From positions 10,097,483 through 10,161,482 of the forward strand of contig CM082582.2 of assembly GCA_040954595.2 (NCBI GenBank): a stretch of DNA of 64,000 nt. Reading direction: 5' to 3'. The notes under the pieces were generated by a model. That model had not been told where the DNA came from, ran no database searches, and was given only the letters and a program-made list of their open reading frames with translations. The DNA is from Balanoglossus misakiensis (Eukaryota > Animalia > Hemichordata). The translations under genes were made by a program, and so were the position numbers. Below, piece by piece: positions 27,353 through 39,065 of the stretch; within the stretch, counting starts at the first letter, position 1, and the number at the start of each line of letters is the position of its first letter.

Positions 27353-28775
27353 TACATAACAAGAACTTTGTTGAAACCGTGTAAATAGATGTAACCTTTA
27401 TCTTTGAGCCAGAGCTAAGCCGAAACTCTGTGGGGGGGTGGGGGGGGGGGGGTGTTACAGTGTGCAAACGTATGCTAATGAACTTGGCTTTACTTTCCAT
27501 TTTTTTTTACACAAAACTATTTAGTGGTTTGGTAGGCATAATCCATGAACCAGCTTTGAATGAAACTGGTTCAAACATGCCTGAGTGATGACTGTAGACC
27601 AAAAATAGTGAAATGCCGAAGAAAAAAAAAACGTGTTAAAAAATATGAGACGTACCCCAATCAGCATCCTGATTAAATGTAAATAGACGTAGCTGTCCTT
27701 AATTTGCAAATGTAACCACAATAAATTATATTTGTGATATACTCTCTCCACTGTACTCTCTCTCTCTATCTCCTGTTTTCATTTACGCAAACATTTGGTG
27801 CCAAGGAGAGAGCCTGAAATTGTCACGTTTTATGAAAATAACTTAAGCAATCAGAAGTATAAGAAATTTGCCTCGAATGTTACTTCATATTGACAATGCA
27901 TGGTCTGTATTAGTGCCCGAGTCTCAGCGCACACTTTCACATCATTTAAGTATTCATTTTCGTTTTTTTTATACATGATTTTTAGGTTTGAGGTATGGCT
28001 GTTACAATGTAGTCATATGTGCACTTGTAAGATCAAGATTTGACCTATTACATCATCGGGAAGGGAGGGGGCATGTATATTTGCAATATACCTAAATTGT
28101 CTTTTTTGTAGAAAAATAATTGTTAGCATTCTCTGAATTATCACAGAAGGCACGCCCTCGAAGAGAGAATGTTTGACACTTTAAGCAGAGAGTTAGGGAG
28201 TGCTGTACACCATGGTCCAGTCTCATTGGCTGGGATATGGAGGCTGAATCATGCAGGACCTCCTTAGCTTGTCTGAAAATGTTTTTTTGAGAAGAATATA
28301 TTTACGATTTTCTTAGTCAATTTTTGTTTCATCAACCAAGCAGACCATTGCATTGGCATGGCATTTTACCAGGTAACACTGATGTTTTGACCATGTTCAA
28401 TTCTCAAATGGGCGTACACTCGACACATTTCTCAGAAGTCTGTCCACGGTCCTGGTTGAAATGTATTCTCATGCTGTAATAAAGTTGCTTTTTTCCCTTT
28501 AACATACGTGTGTCAGGTATGATTGCTTGATTTCTTCCCCCTCTACTCTCTATCATTTCAGCCACATGCGATTTTGAAATAAACAAACATCACAAGTCAA
28601 CACATACCACGTAGCACATAACTACTTTATTGAGAACATTGATGCGCCGATCTCCCACGACATTACATTAACATCGGTATGTCAGCAAGGTCACACGAGA
28701 GTACAACAAAGCAACAGTCACTTAATCTTTTAAAACATGATTTTTAGATGATATTGTTCTCGATGAAAGAATAGG

Positions 28776-29718
28776 TACCGTTAAAGTCATATTTGTAGAC
28801 GCATCTGTATTTATAGATGCACCCCTATTCTGAGCTGATTGCAATGTCACAAATTCAAAGATTTGGAAAAACGGAAAAGTACATATTATTAGACGCACCC
28901 TGCTTTCAGCATGGTGGAGGACAAGCCCCCTTTCATTCAATGCGGAAGACTGACTAACAGAAGACTGACTAACGGTGATTTTCTTTGCCATTGTTTCAAC
29001 TATGTCTTTTCCATTGTCTCAACTGCCCATAATTGCTGGGTCTATGTCTTTTCCATTGTCTCAGTTGCCTATAATTGCTCAGCTGGTCAACCCAACGTCC
29101 ATGAAACATGCATGAAATTAACATATGAATACACTTTGACATGTAGTTGACCTCTCATTAATTATCCTCTAAAATCATTTACTCTGATTGGTTGAAGTTT
29201 TCAATGGCTGTCACTTTGACATTTGATGCCTTGTCACCCATTGACACATGGCTTCAGACGTAGTTGACCCAGATGGTGTTGACCCAGACAGTGCGTCTGA
29301 TTTTATCAATGGGAATGTAAGGTAATTTGCAACATTTTTTATGTGGAAGTAGAAGCTAAGTCTCAGATTACATTATGGGGTGAATATACGGACAAGACAT
29401 GACACTTGAAAATATCAAAAACTCAAACTTTGTATGAATAAAACGATTTTTGAACTGTATGAGGAATAGGCTTGAGACTTTTGAGCAAAGAACACAAGTC
29501 ATGCAGCAGGAGTAGAAGTGTATGATTGCATATTGGGAAGTATTTTCTTTATGACCTGATTTTTGGCGATGTCTTCTCCTGAGAACAGAAAAGGTTTGTT
29601 TTGAAACTTGGCATACTTCCATATTATTAGACGCACCCCGATTTCAGGATCATTGTAGCAGTCGAAATATTGCAACTTTGTTAAAAAACCTGCGTCTACA
29701 AATATGACTTTAACGGTA
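28776..29718. mobile_element. Non-autonomous Tc1/mariner-superfamily (Tc2/pogo-like) DNA transposon, 939 bp, TA target duplication
   Basis: Perfect 26-bp TIRs CCGTTAAAGTCATATTTGTAGACGCA (28778-28803) and TGCGTCTACAAATATGACTTTAACGG (29691-29716), each flanked by TA. Internal repeats of the TAGACGCACCC motif occur at ~28812, ~28888 and ~29627. No transposase ORF. Confidence 0.88.
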
Positions 29719-30276
29719 AATTTCCCAGCATGCATGACTGTAAATTCTGCAACCCTGGTTTCCTGTTTATTCATATGACCTCATCGTTGGAGTTACAACT
29801 TTTGATACATGATAATCAGCAGATCTGAGATCAGTTTGCATTTTTCATTTTGAGAGATTTCATCCCATGATTTTATTGTCCACGACAAATATTCCAATCA
29901 ACACAGGGTCTGGTCATACCCCTGAAAAAGATCTGCCCATTCCCTGAGCCCCAGTAAATGTTCAAGATTTGAACCCTGATTCTCAAGCACCTGCAAAATG
30001 TGATATCATATCATAACATGGCAGACTGGCACAGTCATTTTCCTTTGTAAATAACTTCGAGCTTCCACATTAAAACACTCAATGACACATTCAATGGACT
30101 GTTTTGTCTGCTGAAAATTTCATTCAAAATAAATGCTTTGTGCGAGAAGAGGCAAACTTAAAAGTTATCCTTGTCAAGCCAATGATCCTAAAATTTCCTT
30201 TTCTTAGTAAGAAAGTCATGACTTCTGTCTGAAAACATAAAACTAAACAATTTGTATAGTTCTGTCTGGGATTTCA

Positions 30277-32890
30277 CTACATGTGCTTAAAAGGACACCT
30301 GCTTGCATTAGGTCTGTGCGTTGCCGGTTTCTTGCCTTTCTGCGGAGAGCTGTCGGGGTGGTTATCATCGTCCAGCTTTCCCATCTTTTCCAGCATGGTG
30401 TAGTACAGCTTGCGAGAAATCCTCAGGCTGGCACACTTCATGTGCGACTGGTGGTCCGGGAAAGCCTTGACAGCCGGATGCCACGAGGGCCAGCCATTCT
30501 CCGGGATGCAGCGGATACAGTGGTAGCTGTAGCCAGTGTCCAGCCAGCCAATCACGTAGATGAACCCTTGAATGTGTAGAGCGCCGTATATACCTGAAAC
30601 GAAACAATGCTCATGAATTACAAGAAAAGCAAGAAAACCATAAATAACCACTGTGAAGACAGGATACTGTCTTTCTGCGAACGTCAATTGATCGACTGGT
30701 TTTACCTGAGCTGGTTGTCATGGTACACATCCCATTGTTGACCGAGGACAACGGCTGCCACGTGTTCAACTCACTGTCGTAGAACTCGGTGCCGCAGAAT
30801 TTCATTTCATTCTGAGCGCTCGGGCAGAGCAAGTTTCGCAGACCCCCAAACACAAAGATCTTGTCCTTGGCACCCACTGCAGACGGATAGAAACGTCGCT
30901 CCTTCAGGGGGGCAACCACGCTCCAGGCCTTCGCCACCGGATCAAAACACTCCACCGCGTCAAAGACTTGACCGTCATGGCTGCCCCCAATCACGTAGAT
31001 CTTCTTCTGCATGATCGCACACGACGGCATTTCCCTCGCGATCTTCATGGGCGGCATGTCCTCCCACCTGTCCTTGTAAATATCGTACGCCTCCATCGTT
31101 CTGACAGTGTCTTCACTGAAGCCTCCAATCGCGTAGATGCCGTCGTCGATGGCAACCAATCCCAGGAGCTGGCGGGCTTGTCTCATCGGTGCAATGGGAG
31201 TCCATGCGTTTGTTTGCGGATTGTATTTTTCTCCAGTGTTCAGAACTTGATCATTCTGATCTTTTCCCCCAACAGCAAAGAGGAATCCTCCTACAAGTAC
31301 AAGACAAAGACATATACTGGCAATATGTAATGCACATGTCCCCAGTACTATCTTTTCAATGATTGGAAAACTTTTGTACAGTAATTTACATGAACACGGA
31401 AACATTTTCAAGACTGAGAATAGCTCTGAACTTTTTTTTTACCGGCTGAGACCATCGCATGATCTGCTCTCTGTGTCATCATGGAAGGCAAATCAATCCA
31501 CTGAGGTTGGTCATGGAATGGCACCACACACCGGACAGTGGACAGGACACTATTATCCCTGGAATGGGAAAAGGAATGATGTTTGCTATATTCTCATTCA
31601 TCTAGTCTTATCAAACATGAAACCAAAAGAAATCTAACAGTTCCCCAAGACATAAATTTTGCATGCACAGTATATTTAGTTTGAAGGTATAACTTACAGT
31701 TTATAGTGTCCCCCAGATACAACAATGACATCATAGTAGCCGCGAACATCGAGAGGGGACTTAAAGAGCTCGCTGTAATAAACCCTATCTACTGCATCTT
31801 TGCAACCAGGCTCTTGCAATATCAGACTCTCTGTGGCGATGTGTTCCTGATAGTATTGTGAGCTGATGGAGTGGAACCGTGCACAGTGCAGCAGCAGCTC
31901 TTGCAGGTGTTTCTTACGATTCAATGGATCGTGCTTAATCCACCGTATGATCCCTTCAAATATGATCTCCTCGCTGCGCCTTGCAGTGACCTATGGAAAG
32001 ATGGAAGCTTGTATAATGTCACGTTTTTTGAGGCAAAGGTCTTTTGACAATCATATCTTTTGGGGTATTTTACCTGGAGTTGAAGCTTGTCCCTTGACAA
32101 GATCTCCTTGATACACTCAGTGGATTGTTGTAGAAACTCCTCCTGGTGACAGACGTCTGCAAAGTGAGTTTCAATACACTCTGTGGCCAAATAATGAATC
32201 CATGGACAGGCGTATCTCTCGGTGAAGTTTCTGATGCCGATGCAGTTTGCTGGGCTGATGCATTGCTCTGATGGTGAAAGTAAGGAAATCAGCATTATTT
32301 GCCTGCAGTTGCTTAGCAACGGCTTGTAACCATGGTGATATTTCATTTCTCAAGGGTTGTGTCTTTTTGTGGCATCTGTGGTCAACCTATAAACAAGCAA
32401 GACCTACCCAGATATTCACAACATAACTTTTTCAGATTTGACATCAGCAGAACGTCGGCAGCTTGAAAGACATCTTGGATGTTGTCCTGGTTCAGGGTGA
32501 TCTCACCAGAGTAGATGTAGTCCAAGATCAGTTCAAAGGTCGTCACATCTAATTCTGGGAGACTGATGGCCAGTTTTCTATTATTGTCATCACTAGTTGA
32601 ATAGTTAAAAAGAGATCTGAAAAGAATATTATTTAATCCAGTATTTTATTTTAAATATAGTATATGCCAGTAAACCAGAATGATGCAATAAATCAACTAT
32701 GAAGTGATTCAGTTTACCTGAAGTACGCACTGCCCGCAGCCAATATATTTCTCTGAACGGGAACGTCTGTGCCATTGATAACCAATGTGAAATCATACAA
32801 GGCGTGGTTGCTGCGAAGTTCTTGCAGATTCTGCAGCAAGTTTTTGGGGTGCTGCGGGCAAGAGAATTTAATTCCGCTGTTGGCAGCCAT
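30277..32890 (-). CDS. GAN: Gigaxonin ortholog (BTB-BACK-Kelch CUL3 adaptor), 7 exons
   Basis: Exons ~32890-32718, 32616-32408, 32267-32075, 31990-31698, 31558-31443, 31290-30707, 30593-30277. Segments match my recollection of human gigaxonin: VPVQRNILAA (IPVQKNILAA), NCIGIRNF..YLATECIETHF, RGYYDVIV, GFLFAVGGKDQNDQVLNTGEKY, MEAYDIY, PLKERRF, IYVIGWLDTG (IYVIGDLDTG), CASLRI (CAALRI). Confidence 0.88.
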
Positions 32891-33512
32891 GACTGATGAA
32901 CATTTTCTCGATAATCGGGACAACAGGATGGCGAGCTGTCCTTCCCCGGACAACTTCCCAACAAGCGAAGTCGCCGGATGATGATTGTGTTGGCTGTAGC
33001 TAGCTGGGCGCTGCTGCAGTGTGCAGCTCAAACGAAGAGTCGGTGATCTGACATCATTTATCTCGGCGTTAAATGATGATTCACATGTGATTTGTATCAC
33101 GTCATCCGATTTTCAGTAAACCCCAAGATGCTGGATTGACAACAGCCGCTGTGTCTGAGCTGCGGCAGTACACAGTGAAGACTCGGTTTGTTTTGAAATG
33201 AACATACACTTCCGGGGTTCCACAGTTCTTTGCGACATCCGGTTTGACGCACGCTCACCTTGGTCGCGTGCGGCGGAAAGTGACAAGCCCCGAGACGTGT
33301 TGTGTTGATCAGCGATCGATAGGGTGATATTTGTGATTCTGAAGTCTCAGAATCGGCAAAGACATCGTAAACTGAATCGAAATCTCCACCGAGTTGACGA
33401 AATAATCTTGGTTTTCTGACTCAATCTCCGTGGTGTCCAATCGCATTCTCCGGCGAAAGTTGCCAGTCACCGTGAACGTGAAAACTTGCCACTCATTGAT
33501 TCCAAGATGGCG
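32891..33512. promoter_or_regulatory. Bidirectional CpG-rich promoter shared by GAN and NPEPL1
   Basis: The ATGs are 617 bp apart, head-to-head. ETS-type ACTTCCGG (33208-33215) and ACATCCGG (33235-33242) are present, and YY1-type CAAGATGGCG overlaps the NPEPL1 ATG (33503-33512). Confidence 0.7.
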
Positions 33513-36500
33513 AATGTTGTGTTGAAGTACTCCAACACAATCACCCCATCAGACCCAAACGACAAACCCGTGGTCATCATCGGGCAGCTTCACAATTTAG
33601 CCAATGTACCGTTTGATTCAGTGAAACCAAAGCTGGAACCGAGAGTCGATGCCGAGGTAAGAAAACGACAATTTTGACAAGGTCAACTGAGGTCACAAAG
33701 TTTATTGTTTTGCTTGTTTTGGTATTTCTTTAGATTACATTTGTATTTGGTTTATATGCTTGTTCTCATTTGCATGCGGCAGGGTTTTAAAGCAGCTATT
33801 CGATGCCTTCACCCGTCACCCACCGATTCCTGCTCTCTGTGGTTCAACAATGCTACTGTAGCTGCACTGCCACTGAAGGTCAGTCGTCACAACTGTCCAT
33901 CGCGGGCCCACTCCATCACGAAGTTGGTGAAAGTCTGCCTGACTGGAGTTGGTGATGAAACTGTGCTGGTAAGTGTCTGTAACAGTCTCATTCACACCCT
34001 TGTCTTTTGTATGGTTTAAGATGGGCATAATCTAATCTTATATGCCAGTTTGTTTTTCAGAATCACAGTTGACAATCACAGGAAATTTTTCTTTGCAGAT
34101 CATTTGTGAGAGGAGTGATGTGTTTGCATCAGCCTGTGCAGTAGCGCGTACATTTTCTCTGTATTCCCGGAAGTCGGGCATTGCCAAGGCAAACAAGCGC
34201 ACGGTGACTGTGGAATTCCTTCTGGTGGGAGCGGAGAAGGAAAAAAAGCTGACGGAGGACGAGGTCCGTGACTTGGAGGCGACTGCGGAATCCATACGCC
34301 TCTCTGCAAGAATTGTGGATACTCCCTGCAATGAAATGAACACAGAGCATTTTGTACAGGTGAGAAGGGCCAAGTTAACAGGTTGAATCACAGTCTGTGC
34401 TTTCATAGAGCGATAACAGATGTTCGTGTTATCTTTAGTGATAAGCGTTGCTCTGCCAACCACTTGTTGGCGGGAAATCACCTCAAGCGTGGGTAGTCGT
34501 AATCGTACACTGAACATGCCTATCACACATCCAGTAAACTGAGCCCTTGTCTCCACCATATATGGACACATGTTTGAATATTACTAGAATCACACATTTC
34601 TTTTGCCTTTCTTAACCGTGAGCTCTCCCTCATTTCCTTCTCAGGAAGCAGAGCAGGTGGTGAACAGCTTGAGAAGTGCTGGGCATGATGTGGCATTAAC
34701 AGTCATCAAGGGTGAAGATTTGGCAAAAAGAGGCTTTGGGGGTAAGAGATAGAAAAAAGCTAACAAAGGATGATGGGTAATTTGAAACCCCCTAACTTGA
34801 GGCTGGTATGCAAAGTCTTAATCAAACACTCTTCCAGAGTATTAAAGCCATTTTCATTAAAGACGAATCTCATAGAAGACCAAAGTGTAATATCAGTTTT
34901 GCCATTGTTTGTTCTATAGGTCTGTACGGCGTAGGAAAAGCCGCCAGTACTCCTCCAGCATTAGCAATACTAAGTTACCAACCGGCCAGCGCCACTCAGA
35001 CAATCAGCTGGGTTGGTAAGGGAATCGTGTATGACACCGGCGGCCTCAGTATCAAAGGAAAGGTAAGTTGTACATGTGGAATTGTGAGGTAGAAACTTTT
35101 ACTCATAGATGCAATAGAGTCAGGTGATTGCCACCAGTTGCATCCTCAGTGCAGTACAGGGCACAGGTATAAGAGACATGTACTCACAAAGCCTCTTTGC
35201 TTTCACCGTTCTCAGACCACAATGCCTGGCATGAAACGAGACTGCGGGGGCGCCGCTGCTATATTAGGAGCTTTCTTCGCTGCGGTGAAACTGGTAAGTC
35301 GAGACTTACTGTTTCCAATAAACAGTCAGATACAAGGTCTGTTGCTTGCCTTTGTAATAAGCTGATTCTAAGTCACTTTTAATCACCAAAGTCACAATTT
35401 CTTCACTCTTATTTTTGCAGGGTTTTAAGGAGAATCTTCATGCAATACTGTGCCTAGCAGAGAATTCTGTCGGGCCGCTGGCAACTAGGCCAGATGATGT
35501 GCATGTTATGTACTCAGGAAGGTAGAGAATAATACCATTCTTCTTGAATACATTTTACTCTAAATATTTCTCTTGACTGTTGATGCTGTAAAGCCTTATA
35601 ATTCTTCTTTGAAAGACCTGTGAACTTGTTTTATAAAAAACATTTGTCTTTTTTTCTTTCTCAGATCTGTAGAAATAAATAACACTGATGCTGAAGGCAG
35701 ATTAGTTTTAGCAGATGGGGTAAGTACACTGTAGTTGTTGTTAGTGTAAATGTTAAATTTTATTCTGAGGAAAAAAACATTGATATGTTCATTGTTTCTT
35801 TTCAGGTTTCTTACGCTTCAAAAGATCTGAAATCCGACATCATTGTCGACATGGCAACCCTGACAGGAGCCCAGGGAGTGTGCACTGGGAAGCTTCATGG
35901 AGCCATCTTGACAAACCGCGAGGAATGGGAATCGGCATGCATGAAAGCCGGCAAATGCTCAGGAGATCTAGTCTTCCCTATAGTCTACTGCCCGGAGATT
36001 CACTTCAATGAGTTCTCCAGTGCCGTAGCTGACATGAAGAATTCTGTCGGGGTTTGTATTTTGTCAACTCCTATGGTGACTTTAGTGATCTTGTCATTTT
36101 CAAAGGTTATTAATGTGAAGGATATGTCCTCACCACAATTTCTGTGTTTTCTCTCCATCTCCAGGACCGAGGAAATGCCCAAAGTTCCTGTGCAGGACTC
36201 TTCATAGGTGCGCATATAGGTTTTGATTTCCCTGGCGTTTGGCTGCATATAGACATGGCGTCGCCATCTCACAGTGTAAGTTGTATTTCTCCCATTGCTG
36301 CACTGTTCATTATTCCTTTCATAAGTGGCTCCAGGTAGTAGGTATGCAAAGCTGCATAACAATCTCGCCACTTTGCCATCAACAATAACCTACTCTGTTT
36401 TGTTCTGTTGTAGGGTGAGAGAGCAACAGGGTATGGTGTAGCGTTGCTGTTGGCCTTATTTGGCCGCGCGTCCGACGCATCGCTGCTACAGTCGGCATCC

Positions 36501-36566
36501 CCTCTGGGAGCCATCGAAAACGACGAAATCGTGGAAAATGCAACCAAGAAGAAGAAACTGGTTTAA
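33507..36566 (+). CDS. NPEPL1: Probable aminopeptidase NPEPL1 (M17 family), 11 exons
   Basis: Exons ~33507-33656, 33783-33968, 34099-34359, 34645-34741, 34920-35062, 35216-35293, 35421-35521, 35665-35719, 35806-36052, 36165-36275, 36414-36566. MANVVLKY...GQLHNL...KLEPRV, VSRHNCPSRAH, ARIVDTPCNEM, WVGKGIVYDTGGLSIK, MKRDCGGAAA, M17 signature NTDAEGRLVLADG, DMATLTGAQG, C-terminal KKKKLV*. Confidence 0.96.
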
Positions 36567-39065
36567 TTAACGAGGGTCGCTGAAAGGGGAGGGTAGACAG
36601 CCTTCACTACCACCCCCACCTCCCCCTTTACCTTTTAACTCATTAGCATGTCTGCTTGAGAGGGGGGGGGGTCAAGTTATTGTTTTAATTCCCTCCCCAC
36701 CTCCATTTTCCAATTGTGTCAGCAATGCCTGTTGACCTTAATATCATACAAGATGAATTTATTTTTGAACCCCCTGTCAATTTATGGAAGTTCTTCCCCA
36801 AAACGCACAAGTACAGCAAAGCTTTCACTCATGATTGACTTCAATCTTGGTAATGCTGCGACTAATATTTCAGCTTGATGTAATATTTCTGCATACTGTT
36901 CTATAGTTCTGCTGTTCATTTTATTCAAATTACGCTTTCAAGAGCTTTTGTACGCTTTATAGAATTATAGTGGATAAGAGTTGACATTTTTGGACAGTTT
37001 TGCAATTTTGAAGTTACTGGTGTGTTCCATAAATGCTGGCTGGTTGCCAGAGCTTTTTTGTCGCGCCTCAAAGAGTACAAGATCTGTGATGTCATCGAAG
37101 TATTTCCGCGATACTTCCACTGGCCATGATACAGCATACAGCTATTTAACCGAGAGAGTGTTTCAACAATGTCAAGACTGAAAACTACAGAAAACTATTA
37201 TTCTAGTTGCAATACAAATGCACCTTCAAGTAATAAATTACCTTATTATCCAGTGAAATATTGATTTCTGATAAATTGTTAACTGCGTAACCACCATCAG
37301 TCGGGTGAACTAAAGAACGCCACCTAGCGACCAATATCGGTAAAGATCACTTGTCTGTGATCGTTTTCACGAGTCAGTGCACGTGTTGAGCGACAAAATA
37401 AATGATGAAGACAAGTAGAAGGCGCCGAGGGGGAATTATGCGTCTCTTTATCCACTGCGCCGAACGGAAAGTTGAACAGTTGGGTCGGACACACGAGAAG
37501 AACCAAACGGCTCTCGCAACTTCTTCATGGTGTATGATAATTTTGTCACCTCCAGTCGTGTTCATCATCATACCACAGCGTCTGCGTCACTCTCAGTGAC
37601 GATTTCCAGTATCAGCCAATAAACTTTGAATACAGTAGTGACATTAAATCATATTTATTATTTTCATAAACGGTTACGTATTTTAAAGACAACTTATACA
37701 TGTGCTACTAATTTATCAAATATTACATGCGTCTGTATATTACACGTAAAGTCCGAAAATACGTAAAATACGAAAAAAAAAAATCAAGACTGATTTGTCA
37801 ATTGTGGACTGTCATTACGACGAAATTTTGTACAGCAAAAATCATCAAGTTCTGCATTACTGCTCGATCGGCCAACTATTCGGATGAAATCTGTAGGAAG
37901 AAAAGAAATGGGAAACATCAGAACAATCGCCTATTCAAACGAAGATGTGATGGGAATGAACATCAAACACTGGACAAGACTGTGAAATGATCGATATTGA
38001 ACCCATGAGCAACTGAAAAACCGAGGCGATAAACAATGCAATAGCGATGTACTAGTATCTGCCGTAAACCAAAATTTACAATTCACGCCAGTTACGATAT
38101 CTGCAGCGGGATCCTGTCGCAGAGTGGAATGTTCACGTCGTTAGAAAACTTTCTTCCGACAAAAACGGTTTGGGAAATACTGCACGGTTTTGATACCGAC
38201 TTATTTGCAATGATTCTGAATTCAAACAAAAACCAACTTACCCCTAAAAATAATAATAAGCAGTGCTGTCCACCATTACAACACAACACCAGAAGACCAG
38301 TTACAACTAGAACAGTACAAAGCTCACATGTATACAAAAAGCAAATAGTGCAGAAGCCCAGTGAAATCTGTGTACGTTCACCACATACACTTGAACGAAT
38401 GACAATGTATTGCAACGAGAAAAAATGAACACCACGCATGCTCACATCACACAACACACGAGTGAAAATACTCACACCACGAAGGGATAATTTTGTTTTA
38501 TCCAATGTATGACAATTTTATTGTAATGTGTCTGCTCAATATCAATACATAAACGTGTTGCAAGAGTATTCTGTTGAAAAAAAGTACGCAAAACCTCACA
38601 CAACTGTTCAGAGAATGGCTAGAACAGTTTACAAATTTCACGCCAACACGAGATTCGGACCGACAAAATTTTCACTCCCACCCTGATGACAAATATAGCG
38701 GCCGTGCCAGTAACTTTATTTGTCGGCTATGTGAATTCATAGTATTTCAGATCATATATGTAAACTACACTGTCAACTACTGAACGACAATGGACGTCGA
38801 ACAATGTAAAAGTAGATTCGCTATCTTTTCAAGAGGTTGTGCGTGAGCGATGTTGATGAATACAAAAAATGGAGAAACTTCTATGGATCAGTTTGGTGAA
38901 GGGCCTATCTATATTGCTTTTTGTGGTCTCAGTTAAACACTTTGTGATAAAAATTTACGACATCTAGCACCAATACTAGAACGTTAAATAAGGTGATCAA
39001 AATATCTTGACTCGTGCCCCTTGACGAAAATCTAAGAAACTGCAGTCACAAAGTTGCTATGGTAA

